Part shown: positions 20,692 through 30,935 of the stretch, in pieces
Numbering within the stretch: position 1 is the stretch's first letter
How the letters are laid out: every line of letters begins with the position of its first letter
Origin: an uncultured virus (IMG/VR IMGVR_UViG_3300024999_000092)
Taxonomy: Duplodnaviria; Heunggongvirae; Uroviricota; Caudoviricetes
Direction: 5' to 3' (one strand)
DNA: 64,000 nucleotides
Virus record (IMG/VR): IMGVR_UViG_3300024999_000092
Made by a program: the position numbers and the translations under genes
Notes under the pieces: model-generated
What the model was told of the DNA's origin: nothing
Database searches by the model: none
The model's input: the letters and a program-made list of their open reading frames with translations, nothing else

Positions 20692-21666
20692 CTACCTTCT
20701 TTTAGATTTTTTAGGTACTACACCGGAGGCATAATCTTTTTCGGACAAACCAAGACCGGCGGCAAGTTTCTTTTGAAACGGAGTTAAAACAACCTGCTCA
20801 GCTTTACTTCCCGGCAGGTTAGCATCTTCAATATTTATTTTTTTGCGACCATTGACGTTGGCAAGAGTCTTTTGTTCGGCAGTAGTCTTGACCTTTTTGA
20901 GTAATTCGCCGGAAGCAAACTTCTGACCGATAATAAAATTCATGGCAGTTTCAAAGTCAATTGCAGCACCGTTTTGACTAAAAGCATCAATCTCGGCGGC
21001 GTACATATTGGCATATGGAACAAGTTGAGGGTTGCCGCTTAATACTGCCTGTTTTTGCCTTTCATAGCCAGTTGATTTTCCGGTTACCTCAACCTGCTGC
21101 GCTAAATGTGCGTTTTGCTGTTCGAGTCTAGCAATTCGCTGTTCGCGCTTAACTTCCTTAACGGCAAGTTTTTTTGCTTCTGTTTCATCAAAACCAAGAT
21201 TGACGAAATACTTTTCCTGATCTGCCTGCATTTCTGACCAATAGGTTTTTGCCTCTGCCTCTGCCTCTGCTTGACGTTTTTCTGTCTGCTTGTCGGCATC
21301 AATCTTTGCTCTCTCGCGGGCAAGTCTATCAGCTAAAACTCGGTCAATTTCTGCCTGCAACTCTGCTTTGGTATACATTTTCTCGGCAGGTTTCTCAGGT
21401 TCAGTTTTAACTTCCGGTTTCTTCTTTGCATCAGACTTAACATTTTCTTCGCCTGATTCGCCATCCTCGGCATCGACTAAATCATCGTCAGTCAACAATT
21501 CAACAAAATCAACATCGTCCTTATCCGCAATATTAGGATCGTCTACCTCGGTATCATCAACAAAACCACCACCGGTTACGCCCTCATCACCAACCAAAAG
21601 CGAATGATTAAACTTTGCTAAAAATTTATCTTCTGCCGCCTTAATTCCTAATAAGTCTTTAAACAT
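20692..21666 (-). CDS. Capsid scaffolding protein
   Basis: Acidic N-terminus, coiled coil (YTKAELQAEIDRVLADRLARER), C-terminal LTPFQKKLAAGLGLSEKDY; start moved to 21666. Confidence 0.75.
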   Translation of the reverse strand: MFKDLLGIKAAEDKFLAKFNHSLLVGDEGVTGGGFVDDTEVDDPNIADKDDVDFVELLTDDDLVDAEDGESGEENVKSDAKKKPEVKTEPEKPAEKMYTKAELQAEIDRVLADRLARERAKIDADKQTEKRQAEAEAEAKTYWSEMQADQEKYFVNLGFDETEAKKLAVKEVKREQRIARLEQQNAHLAQQVEVTGKSTGYERQKQAVLSGNPQLVPYANMYAAEIDAFSQNGAAIDFETAMNFIIGQKFASGELLKKVKTTAEQKTLANVNGRKKINIEDANLPGSKAEQVVLTPFQKKLAAGLGLSEKDYASGVVPKKSKRR

Positions 21667-21786
21667 GATATACCTCCCGTTTATTGCCCGTCGGCTAAAT
21701 ATCCTTGCACAGTTTAAAGTCTTGTGCATGTTATGGACTTTGCCATGCGGTTTTTATATCGTCTACAGCACGATTCAGACAGTTTA

Positions 21787-23796
21787 TTACTGCGGTGCTT
21801 GCTGCTCTTGCATCATTCTTACCACTTCTTCCTCTTGTAACTCTGGAGGCAATTGCTCCAAGTAATCTCTTATCTCAGGAGGAAGTGAATTTATAAACTC
21901 CATTACCGGATCGACTTCCGGCGGCATTTCTTCTTGCGGTTGACTAGGAGTAGTATTATTTTTCATTGCTTCCTGTTCCATTGCCATTTGCTGTTGCTCT
22001 GCCTTTAACTTATTCATTCTCTCCATAACCTCAGATATTGGAGGAAATTTTCCGTATTCCATAACATAGAAAAAAGTTTCCGGATCAATAACACTAGCAA
22101 CTAACAATTCCTTTGCAATCTCCATATGATACATGCGGTCACTAGGTATTACCGATGAAACTTTGCAGTAGCAGTCGAAGTCGGGGAAGTATTCTTCAAT
22201 GTTATTCTCGATGTATTCCGGCGGCAATGTCCTTCCGTCCGGCATCATAATTTCCCCTGTATCGAATTTACCTACCTGATTATACGGAACAGTAGTACCA
22301 CTTTCCCTGTCGTATACCTTTTTCATATCTCCGGCATCAAAGGTATCGTATTTGTATCCGTCCTTACCTTCATCGCTCTTACCCATAATACGGTAGGTTC
22401 TTTGTTCGGTATAAAACTGACCGATTAAGCGGTTAGTAAACTGACCGGCATCCTCATATGAGGAATTAATTGCCTGTTCTGCTGTTCTCAATCTTATCTT
22501 TGCCTGAGAAACCAACTCAGCAATTGCCTTAAATGCGGTTACACTGCCGGGGGTACGTCCTTGACTTACATCGAAGCGACCAATCATACCCTCCATGGAC
22601 TGCTGTAACCGTCCCATTTCAGCTATTAAACTGCCGGGGATAGGTTGCCCGTGTTCCCTTTTGACTCCGCTAACATCAGCAACAGGGAACCACATACCGG
22701 GGGCAGTACCTCTTTCCTCAATCAACCGTCTTTGCTTAGGAGTTAGCGCCCTCTCGTCATACCAAGTCTGACCAATCGCACCATGAATATGACCTTCGAG
22801 TATAATCTCAGCAGTCTTATTACGGACAATCTGCGGATTTTTAAGATAAAAGGCATCACCAAATCCCCAAATACTGTTCTCCCTGGGATATCTTTGCCTT
22901 ACGAAAAACGGAAATATCGGAGTTTCGCCGGGTTCAAAATACATATAGTTATTGTGTTTAAGGTAAACCCCTTGATGTTCACCTGCCCACAGGATAACGT
23001 GCAATCCTATACCTTCGTCTTTCTCTCCATCAGCCAAAATCATTGGCCTACCGATATACCATGTTTCAACTACCGGAACCTGTTCCTGATTGTATGAGCG
23101 ACTAAATCCCTCAGTATCTAATTGCTCAGTATCCAGCAAATCATCATCATGTAAACCCTGTTCTTGCACTAAATTAGCACGATCCGGAAAGGTTTCTTTG
23201 ATATACTCCATCGTTTTCCAGACAGGTTTATGACAACGATTTCCCTCATTAATATCCTCCCTACATCTTGCGTCAGGGACTAAGCATAACGGGTGCAATG
23301 CTTTCCAGCGCACATCACCCTCCCAGCGGTTCGGACCTTTACCGCCTCGCCAATTGGAATCCCAGTACACATGCCAAATGCCTGTGCCGTATAAGAAAAA
23401 CCACCGAAGAAACTTAATTCTCTCAGAGGTTAACTTATTCTTGTAGAAGATATACTTTTTAAGGTTAGTCATGGCATTAGACTTTTCTTCGTCGCCCGGT
23501 TCAACGCCGTAGTCGATAAGTTCAATCTCATTAGCAAACTCGGCTACAGTTCCTTCTATTAAAGAGAAGGTAATATTTTCAACGCTGTTTGGCCTGTTTT
23601 GTTGTTGCGCCTCAGTTCTCAATGGACTACCATTCGGGCCAAGTAAATCCCAGTGACGAGAGGTATATAGTTTATACATTTCTCTCATTTCATCAACATA
23701 GAATTGCCTTGCTGCCTTATCATCGTCATACCAGTCCATACATATTCTTACCGCTTGTTCTTCTTCGGGAGAGTTACCTCTTATTGATGTTTCCAT
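21787..23796 (-). CDS. Portal protein (P22-like)
   Basis: 669 aa; RPNSVENIT, FFLYGTGIWHVYWD, LKNPQIVRNK, GRFDVSQGR motifs; Gln/Glu-rich C-terminus. Confidence 0.85.
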   Translation of the reverse strand: METSIRGNSPEEEQAVRICMDWYDDDKAARQFYVDEMREMYKLYTSRHWDLLGPNGSPLRTEAQQQNRPNSVENITFSLIEGTVAEFANEIELIDYGVEPGDEEKSNAMTNLKKYIFYKNKLTSERIKFLRWFFLYGTGIWHVYWDSNWRGGKGPNRWEGDVRWKALHPLCLVPDARCREDINEGNRCHKPVWKTMEYIKETFPDRANLVQEQGLHDDDLLDTEQLDTEGFSRSYNQEQVPVVETWYIGRPMILADGEKDEGIGLHVILWAGEHQGVYLKHNNYMYFEPGETPIFPFFVRQRYPRENSIWGFGDAFYLKNPQIVRNKTAEIILEGHIHGAIGQTWYDERALTPKQRRLIEERGTAPGMWFPVADVSGVKREHGQPIPGSLIAEMGRLQQSMEGMIGRFDVSQGRTPGSVTAFKAIAELVSQAKIRLRTAEQAINSSYEDAGQFTNRLIGQFYTEQRTYRIMGKSDEGKDGYKYDTFDAGDMKKVYDRESGTTVPYNQVGKFDTGEIMMPDGRTLPPEYIENNIEEYFPDFDCYCKVSSVIPSDRMYHMEIAKELLVASVIDPETFFYVMEYGKFPPISEVMERMNKLKAEQQQMAMEQEAMKNNTTPSQPQEEMPPEVDPVMEFINSLPPEIRDYLEQLPPELQEEEVVRMMQEQQAPQ

Positions 23797-23903
23797 ATTT
23801 CACCACCTTTTAGACATAAAAAATAGGGATGAAGCATAAGACAATGCCAATAATGACACTCTCCTACGCCCCATCCCTATCGTTCTCGATTCGAGATAAT
23901 TAT

Positions 23904-24467
23904 TTAGTTGTCGTCGGTATGTTTAACAGCATGACAGACTATCGAAATCCAGTCTTTCGGATCGTACGACAAGACATTATCCTTCTCGCTGTCAGGAAGA
24001 TGCCATTTATCTGCATCGTCAGTTTTTAGATAATCTTCTAAATCATCTTCCAATGTTTCGTAGAACTTTTGAACTGACTTCGCTGTGCGTTCTTGACGTT
24101 CTGCATGTTCTTCGGGAGTATATTTTTTTACTGGAAAGCGCGCATCCTCATACCATGATTGACTACTATACCAATTATAAAATTCTTCGTAGTTCCATTT
24201 ATAGCGAGTATCTTTGTATTTATCAAGCAATCCGTTTTCATCCCAAACCATTTCCTCGACATAATCAGTTTTAGTGTCCTCGCAAGGATATGAATATTTG
24301 CCCTTGCACTTAACATTTAAACCGTCCTCGTGTTCGGAAAAGACTAATATATTATGCCCCTCATGCTCTCTTAGGAGTATAGGCATTAGATATAAGGCAT
24401 TTGTATCCTTACCAATATCATAATACTTCTTACAGTCCTCACAAACAAAAGTATAATCAGTACCCAT
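23904..24467 (-). CDS. Hypothetical acidic protein with CxxC
   Basis: 187-aa ORF, MGTDYTFVCEDCKKY. Confidence 0.6.
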   Translation of the reverse strand: MGTDYTFVCEDCKKYYDIGKDTNALYLMPILLREHEGHNILVFSEHEDGLNVKCKGKYSYPCEDTKTDYVEEMVWDENGLLDKYKDTRYKWNYEEFYNWYSSQSWYEDARFPVKKYTPEEHAERQERTAKSVQKFYETLEDDLEDYLKTDDADKWHLPDSEKDNVLSYDPKDWISIVCHAVKHTDDN

Positions 24468-24486
24468 AATACACCGTCCTCGGTTA

Positions 24487-24588
24487 TTATTTCATCTTCT
24501 TACCGTAACCCTTACTCATGCCCATTTCTTTCTTATCTGACTTAGGCATACCCTTCATGCCTTTACCCTTGCCTTTGCAACCTGCCAT
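24487..24588 (-). CDS. 33-aa Lys/Gly/Met-rich basic peptide
   Basis: Not in ORF track: MAGCKGKGKGMKGMPKSDKKEMGMSKGYGKKMK; RBS GGAGG. Confidence 0.6.
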   Translation of the reverse strand: MAGCKGKGKGMKGMPKSDKKEMGMSKGYGKKMK

Positions 24589-24600
24589 AATAAACGCCTC

Positions 24601-24729
24601 CTAGTCTAATTTATCATCCTGGGTCGTACTTAACATAACAGGCTTACCGCCCTTCATTTTAATAACAATAGTACCCCAAGGAGTAGACTTCATTTTGTCG
24701 ATTACTTTCTTTTCTTTGTCAGTTAGCAT
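24601..24729 (-). CDS. 42-aa DUF2292/YezD-like protein
   Basis: Not in ORF track: MLTDKEKKVIDKMKSTPWGTIVIKMKGGKPVMLSTTQDDKLD; RBS GGAGGT. Confidence 0.5.
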   Translation of the reverse strand: MLTDKEKKVIDKMKSTPWGTIVIKMKGGKPVMLSTTQDDKLD

Positions 24730-25094
24730 TGCTTACCTCCGTAAACTTCTTCTGCTTCACTTTCAGTTATGACGCGACTTTCTCCCACGACCATACTTTT
24801 GTAACTAACATTGCTTTTGAATTTTTCAACTTCTTCTTTTAATGCCAATGGTATTTCTATCATATTGCTTACCCCCGGTTTCATTGCCTTATGCGTTCTT
24901 ATGGCAGACATCAAGAGAGACTTAAAAGGTTTTATTATCTCATTTTCATTTCCGAATGCAGCAACAACCATGTTTTCAGTTATATTGCTAATATCAATAA
25001 CAACACCTTTTTTATATTTAGTTCCGTTTATCTCTGTTTCTGCAATAACTTTTAATAACATTTGCGGTCCTCCGTTAATAATTTGCTTGGTCAC
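24723..25094 (-). CDS. Hypothetical protein
   Basis: ORF in a tightly packed minus-strand operon. Confidence 0.55.
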   Translation of the reverse strand: MTKQIINGGPQMLLKVIAETEINGTKYKKGVVIDISNITENMVVAAFGNENEIIKPFKSLLMSAIRTHKAMKPGVSNMIEIPLALKEEVEKFKSNVSYKSMVVGESRVITESEAEEVYGGKQC

Positions 25095-25356
25095 TCATTT
25101 CATGGATAAGCACTACATTTCTAACAGGAACTATGACACTATCGCTATATACTAATTTATCAGAAGTTTTTACTACAGCACCACTAACAAGGCAAAATTC
25201 TCCTTCAGGTTTAAAATCTTCAGAATAATATATCTCAGATCCATCAACCAATACCATGACATTTATCTTTAAACATGCCGCCACACACTGCATATTATTT
25301 AGACTTAAACATAAGTCAAATCTTTTAAATACATGCCTGATAGTGTCTTTATTCAT
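25075..25356 (-). CDS. Hypothetical protein
   Basis: ORF with RBS GGAGG. Confidence 0.55.
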   Translation of the reverse strand: MNKDTIRHVFKRFDLCLSLNNMQCVAACLKINVMVLVDGSEIYYSEDFKPEGEFCLVSGAVVKTSDKLVYSDSVIVPVRNVVLIHEMSDQANY

Positions 25357-25367
25357 ACGGTCCTCCG

Positions 25368-25697
25368 TTATCTATATTTAGTCCCCTCAACCACAAACCT
25401 GTCGCCATGTTTCCTGCCGATAACAACGATCTTAATCAACTGATTATCCGCTAAGTATCCGATTTCATTAGGGCAGATAGCTAGTGGTAATGAAATTTCC
25501 TGTATTTCTTCTTGTTCCTCGGCATCGTCAATAGTATCAGGATCCTCTGAAATACCATCCAATGCCGCCTTAATAATTTCACTTATGTTATCGGTATCAG
25601 ACTCCGTTGCCTGCTTCTTGCATTGCCTACAGTGATTTAGAAACTCACCCTTACCGGCAAACTCACTATCCTCCATGCCGCATGTATTGCATTTCAC
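25368..25697 (-). CDS. Hypothetical protein with N-terminal Zn-finger-like motif
   Basis: CNTC...HCRQC. Confidence 0.6.
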   Translation of the reverse strand: MKCNTCGMEDSEFAGKGEFLNHCRQCKKQATESDTDNISEIIKAALDGISEDPDTIDDAEEQEEIQEISLPLAICPNEIGYLADNQLIKIVVIGRKHGDRFVVEGTKYR

Positions 25698-26011
25698 GCA
25701 TAAAACCCCTTTTCTTCCTCACGTTCTTTGCGTTCCTCGGCAGTTTCTACCTGTCTAACATCGTCCTCGTACATGCCTTCCGGGTATTCAAGGGGAATGT
25801 CAACGCCATCTAGGGACAGGACTGCTCGCATAAGTTTAAGTTGTGTATCTACTAGAGTTTTGATTGTTTCGGCATCAATGTCTGCACAGTCAACGCAGGT
25901 GTTCTCTTTCTCGCTGTAGACAGTTGATGCAAGTATAATAGTCTTATGCAATTCCCCTATCTGATCGTTAAGTATCACTTGATATTCCAGAACAATTGGT
26001 TTTTTATCCAT
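25694..26011 (-). CDS. Hypothetical protein
   Basis: ORF immediately after terL, RBS GGGAG. Confidence 0.6.
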   Translation of the reverse strand: MDKKPIVLEYQVILNDQIGELHKTIILASTVYSEKENTCVDCADIDAETIKTLVDTQLKLMRAVLSLDGVDIPLEYPEGMYEDDVRQVETAEERKEREEEKGFYA

Positions 26012-26029
26012 TATTTAGGTTCTCCCTTC

Positions 26030-28762
26030 TCACATTCCGTAAAATCCAGGCAATCCTTCTTCTTCCTCGTCGTCATCATCGTCTGCCCATTGCTCCATAG
26101 ACATGGGATTAATCCTTATGCCCTTGTCCTGCCCCGGTAGAAATGGTATACTGCCAGTGTCTTTAAGTGGCATCGTCATATGTAAAAATGCAAGTATAGC
26201 AGACATTAAGATAACATCGTCGTGCTGACCACCTCTTGCCGCCTCTTTGGTATTTGGGTGCCTTATAAAGTTATTTGCTTCATGGACAAATCTCTTAAAG
26301 TAGCACTCGAAAACACCTTCGCGTACAGTCTTTTTAATAGCATCAATAATAAGTGGTCTAGTTTTTGTATTTGTATGCCAACCCAATTTTTGAGTAGTCG
26401 TATCTGACCTTTTATCATAAACCTTTGACCTATAAATATCATAGTAAACCTTTTTGAAATGACTAATAGTTGTACCGCCATGATTATTTAACTCTATCGC
26501 CACAAGCGGTTTACCGTAATAAACTGCAATTTTATGTATATAGTCAGACAGTATATCCGGTTCTACCTTGCCATGATACACAGCATCAAGTCTTAATCTA
26601 TGCCTATTAAGAACTCCTACAGCGTCATAGTCACCATGCTCCAACCCTTCCGCAACGTCAGCAGATATAAGGTATTCAATCCCTGCTTCGGGATGAAACC
26701 ATATTTCATAATCACCCTTTACATCAGGTTCCCAATAGACTTGATTTTTGAATTGGTTAGTCCAAACAAGATTACCACGTTCACCGTCGTAACATTTAGT
26801 TTGCATCTCATGTATTCTTTTTACATTAAAAACACATTTACCGGGCATAATAAAACGCCCATATTTCCGCGCTTCTAACTCCGCTTCATCCATAGACGCT
26901 TCAAGACGTTTCTTTTCCTTTGTAGATAGATAGGGGTTGTCATTCCATTCTACCATTATTAGAAATATTTCATCGTCACGTTTCTCAATCGGTTTTGAGT
27001 CGTTCTCATAAATATCAGAATAAACCCATGTCATACCTTGAAGTGGGGTCATTGTACCGAACAAGTCACCCTCAGTATCCATTAAGCGCATTTGTACTTC
27101 TGTATATATATCTTTGGGAGATTCTTCGTCCAACCAACAATTTGAAACCATACATGCTCCAACAAAAAACCTATGATCTTTTTCGATTGATAAGTCATAT
27201 GTTTTTTTGTTGCCTAATGGTATTAGTCCTTTTATCCTACCATATTTTTCTTTTACTCTGTTGTTTTGCTTTTTCCAGTACATACTTTTTTCTGAATCTA
27301 AGCATTTTGCAATTCTACTTCCGCAACCGTCTTTAGATGACTTACTTTCTATGCGTCTATTTGCTTCATCGACAACAATATCAATTGCCTTTTGCTTACC
27401 TTCTATACCTACACGTTCTGCAAATTTAATAACATGGTCAGCAGAACTAATATAAACCCACCATTGGTTGCGCCATGCTCCAGGTTTTTGACTTTTCTTT
27501 TTAGTAAAACTTGAACGTATACCTATTCTGCGCAACAACAAGCAAACATCTTCTGCTAATCTACGCGAAGTCGAGGCGTACCCTATTGTATGTCCTGATG
27601 CCCAACCGTCTCCAGCAAATAAAAAGCGTAAAAAAAGAGCAATATGCTCGTTGTCTGAACGGAAAACCCAATCAGGTACAAACTTTTCATGCGCAAGTCC
27701 AGGAGGTACCGCATCCCAAAACTCAGGCCAATTATTAATATGCCAGTCTGGAACATGATTACAACTCTTAAACTCCTGCTTTCTTATATATGCACCGGCA
27801 GGCAAATATTCTTTGGCAGCGGCAACAATTTCTTCACTGCCAATAGTTATTTTCTTTTCTGACGTAGTTCCTTCACTAAGAACAAGTCCTAACCACGGAT
27901 AAAAACTATCAGGCATATTTTCAACTACATCAGGTTGATAGTCTAAGTCAGACAAATATACTTTATCCGCTTCATTGACTTTCTTCTTTAATTTTTGTGA
28001 AACATAAACTTCGTGATCTTCTGTTAGTTGTATCCACGGAGATTTGCCAGTAACAACATCAAAAACTGGTTTTTCTCCCATATCGTGTTTGGCAATAACT
28101 TTTCTGGTAACTGTCTTTCCGCAACCATTTTTAGTTATAACGCTATCCCCAGGCATGACATTCTGTATTGGTTTATAGGTACCGTCAGACATTAATACTC
28201 GCTGATCTTCAGCAATGCACCAGTGTTGCGATGAACCTTGAAACTTTTCCCGTCCTTGGTCATAGGACTTGAAACCTATAATCCCACCACCAACAAGGCG
28301 TATAGTGTCGATGATACCTGTACTACGGTAAGTTATTTTTTTAATTTCTCTTAGCGGCAGAAGTCCCGGTATTCCAGTCTCAGGATCACCCAATATTTTC
28401 TTTTGAGTAACGTCACGCTGCACCTCAAAAGATACTGAACATATCCAACCCCTTGTAGGTTTACCACCGAAACGAGTTATCAGAGGTTCGTATTTCTCCC
28501 TTAAATCCTCTGGCCAATCTTTAAGGTATGGGCGTATTCTCTCGCCTAATGCAAGGAATACCGCCCTAATTGCACCACTTTCAGTTTTTCCTGTGCGATT
28601 CCCTCCAAGTATCCAGCTATTCCTTTTATTGGATAGAAGAAACTTTTCCTGCTTATCATACGGACGAATAAAGCGAATATGTTCTTCCTTCTTCATCCGT
28701 TCAATTTCACTAAGGATCTTTTGCAGTTCTTTCTTTTCTGCTTTTGTTAACTCTTTTGCCAT
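26030..28762 (-). CDS. terL: Terminase large subunit with intein
   Basis: Walker A GGNRTGKT, FKSYDQGREKFQG, Walker B WLDEE, TMTP coupling motif, nuclease ADVAEG...HDDVI. Confidence 0.92.
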   Translation of the reverse strand: MAKELTKAEKKELQKILSEIERMKKEEHIRFIRPYDKQEKFLLSNKRNSWILGGNRTGKTESGAIRAVFLALGERIRPYLKDWPEDLREKYEPLITRFGGKPTRGWICSVSFEVQRDVTQKKILGDPETGIPGLLPLREIKKITYRSTGIIDTIRLVGGGIIGFKSYDQGREKFQGSSQHWCIAEDQRVLMSDGTYKPIQNVMPGDSVITKNGCGKTVTRKVIAKHDMGEKPVFDVVTGKSPWIQLTEDHEVYVSQKLKKKVNEADKVYLSDLDYQPDVVENMPDSFYPWLGLVLSEGTTSEKKITIGSEEIVAAAKEYLPAGAYIRKQEFKSCNHVPDWHINNWPEFWDAVPPGLAHEKFVPDWVFRSDNEHIALFLRFLFAGDGWASGHTIGYASTSRRLAEDVCLLLRRIGIRSSFTKKKSQKPGAWRNQWWVYISSADHVIKFAERVGIEGKQKAIDIVVDEANRRIESKSSKDGCGSRIAKCLDSEKSMYWKKQNNRVKEKYGRIKGLIPLGNKKTYDLSIEKDHRFFVGACMVSNCWLDEESPKDIYTEVQMRLMDTEGDLFGTMTPLQGMTWVYSDIYENDSKPIEKRDDEIFLIMVEWNDNPYLSTKEKKRLEASMDEAELEARKYGRFIMPGKCVFNVKRIHEMQTKCYDGERGNLVWTNQFKNQVYWEPDVKGDYEIWFHPEAGIEYLISADVAEGLEHGDYDAVGVLNRHRLRLDAVYHGKVEPDILSDYIHKIAVYYGKPLVAIELNNHGGTTISHFKKVYYDIYRSKVYDKRSDTTTQKLGWHTNTKTRPLIIDAIKKTVREGVFECYFKRFVHEANNFIRHPNTKEAARGGQHDDVILMSAILAFLHMTMPLKDTGSIPFLPGQDKGIRINPMSMEQWADDDDDEEEEGLPGFYGM
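27140..28219 (-). mobile_element. 360-aa intein with LAGLIDADG homing endonuclease
   Basis: Block A CIAEDQRVLMSDG, block B LTEDHEV, motifs WLGLVLSEG and FLRFLFAGDG, block F/G TYDLSIEKDHRFFVGACMVSN followed by Cys+1. Confidence 0.9.
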
Positions 28763-28785
28763 GTCCTCACCTGACTAATAACCGA

Positions 28786-29364
28786 TTAAATAACAATATA
28801 TCTAATATAAGCAAACCCAACAATCCCGGCAGAAGCACCAGAGGCAACCGAACCCGTTACCCACTTAGCGGATGCCAACTTCTGACGAGATACGCCGTTT
28901 GTACCCTTGTCGGTAATATTATCAAATACCCCGGCAGCAGAGTTAACATCTAATCCGTCAATTAAGTTATCAATCTTTGTGGTTGCAGAAGCAGCAGTAG
29001 TGCCGCAATCTAGGGTACATGCCTCGGTAGTTTTGGTAGTTACATCAAGAAATAACCCAGTAACGATAATAGAAGCACCTTCATCATTCTGCCAGGAAAA
29101 TACACCACCTGCCGTATCGACTGCGGCGAGTGCTATTTTAGCAACCTTCTCGATGCGGTCAGCATTGTCTATCTGATTTAACTCTTCTGTAGATAGCGTT
29201 GCTCCATTTAGAATATCTAACTCCGCTGCCGATGCCGCTACTGCTACACCAGATTGATATAGACCACCTGTAGACGATGCTACCTGCACCTCAGAACCGG
29301 GCGCACCTACAAATAAACCTTCTTCACCGGATGGTTTTCCGATGTGTGAGTATTCTTTTGCCAT
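28786..29364 (-). CDS. Probable virion structural protein located upstream of terL
   Basis: Ala/Gly/Ser/Thr-rich, ASAAELDILNGAT fibre-like repeat, beta-rich C-terminus. Confidence 0.5.
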   Translation of the reverse strand: MAKEYSHIGKPSGEEGLFVGAPGSEVQVASSTGGLYQSGVAVAASAAELDILNGATLSTEELNQIDNADRIEKVAKIALAAVDTAGGVFSWQNDEGASIIVTGLFLDVTTKTTEACTLDCGTTAASATTKIDNLIDGLDVNSAAGVFDNITDKGTNGVSRQKLASAKWVTGSVASGASAGIVGFAYIRYIVI

Positions 29365-29376
29365 TATTATTCCTCC

Positions 29377-29919
29377 CTAGAATGATAGTTTATTATCCTT
29401 TAGCACCTGATATAAACCTGCTTCAAGTGCCGTTATTTGCCGATGCTCCAACTTTAATTCAAGATTATGGTCAAGTGCCTCAATAATCTCATGCAGTAAA
29501 GTTGACTCAATCTGACTTTGAGTTTTGTTTTTATTTAAGCGGATAGTATTGGTGTTTGAGTTCATACTGCCGAAATTAGATGATTCGTTATCGTCAATTA
29601 AGATAATATTAAATGAATGACCGAGGATTTTCAGTTTGCTTGGGATTTTGCCGCCAATAAAATCTCCTTGTAGTTCTGTGCTGAAAGACTTATCTGCGCC
29701 GACATCAAGAACACGATGCTTATTAATAGAATAAGGTATCTTCTTTTTATCTGCCCATGCAATCATGTCTGACAAACCAACGCTACCCGCAAATGATGAA
29801 TGTGTGTTTTTGCTTGCAATTATCTCTGCCGCAATAGTTGTTTCCTTTTCATGCTTTCTGTCAACAATAAACCATCCATTAATACATTTAACATAAAAGT
29901 TTGACTCATTAAATGTCAT
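29377..29919 (-). CDS. Protein with C-terminal metallopeptidase-like (ImmA/IrrE-like, HExxE) domain
   Basis: IPSKLKILGHSFNI...STLLHEIIEAL. Confidence 0.55.
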   Translation of the reverse strand: MTFNESNFYVKCINGWFIVDRKHEKETTIAAEIIASKNTHSSFAGSVGLSDMIAWADKKKIPYSINKHRVLDVGADKSFSTELQGDFIGGKIPSKLKILGHSFNIILIDDNESSNFGSMNSNTNTIRLNKNKTQSQIESTLLHEIIEALDHNLELKLEHRQITALEAGLYQVLKDNKLSF

Positions 29920-30046
29920 TATCTACACCGTCCTCGGTTTAATTTATCCCACTTAATTCCATAAACTCTCGGCATTATAGAGAGAATTTTTTAAAATTTT
30001 GGGTGCCGATATTTTAGGTTTTCTGTTTGTGTATGGGGATGGGGGG

Positions 30047-30286
30047 TTATAATTCCGCTATCTTTAGCTCAATGCTGTTTTTAATAATGCCTAAAATATT
30101 AGACAGATTATCATTAACCATATCTTCCCTGCCGATAGATACCGTGATACTAATGTTATATTTATTAGTAGAACAATCTTTATTAATGGATACATCAATT
30201 GAATCTGATAGTGCTAGTTGCTTTCTCCAATAGTTGTCGAATGATGGAGATACTGTTACTTGGTCATTAATGTTATCGTTGCACAT
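30047..30286 (-). CDS. Hypothetical protein
   Basis: ORF with RBS GGAGGTG. Confidence 0.5.
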   Translation of the reverse strand: MCNDNINDQVTVSPSFDNYWRKQLALSDSIDVSINKDCSTNKYNISITVSIGREDMVNDNLSNILGIIKNSIELKIAEL

Positions 30287-30306
30287 GATAGCACCTCCGT
30301 TCTCGG

Positions 30307-30612
30307 TTAGTTAATCTTCCTAAAACTGTAACCTTTATATTCTTCAAGTTGTAGTTTAAGCATCTTAGCAACGGTTTCCTTGTTGCCTTCACTAACAATA
30401 TCATTGACTACATCTTGACCATATGCCATGACAGCACCGTAAGTAAATAACGATATGACATAATCAGGACCAATAGTTTCATATATAACCTTAGCACCTT
30501 CACTTAGTTCATCGAATGACTTTTCTTTAATGATGAATAGCAGCACTTCCCTACTATCATCTACCTGCTTTTGAAGTTCTGGAAATAGTGTGCTTAATAT
30601 TTTCTCTGACAT
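30307..30612 (-). CDS. Hypothetical protein
   Basis: ORF with RBS AGGAG. Confidence 0.55.
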   Translation of the reverse strand: MSEKILSTLFPELQKQVDDSREVLLFIIKEKSFDELSEGAKVIYETIGPDYVISLFTYGAVMAYGQDVVNDIVSEGNKETVAKMLKLQLEEYKGYSFRKIN

Positions 30613-30935
30613 TTCAGTTCTCCTGTTCTCAGTTAATGATTGATGATATTTGAGTGATTTTTAAAAGTTGATGATGTATGTGATGGGAGTATATACCACC
30701 CACAAGGCACCCCTGGGGTCGATTGTCCTTACCGGGGGGTCTAGCATCCATACAGGTCACGCGCACCCACAATAACTAGGCACACATACAACATAGTGTC
30801 ACAACCCTGCGCCTGCGAATGTGGGTAGGTACGATGAAATGTCCACCAGTGCAGGACAATTGGCGTTTTTAGTACCCGTAATAGTACCGGCAAATAGAGA
30901 AACCCAGTAAATACGCGGTCTACAGGGTTTTAGCT

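Noticed and set aside
4134..29486. Many plus-strand ORFs in the track overlapping structural genes
   Set aside because: Antisense shadows of long minus-strand genes; no RBSs or recognisable motifs
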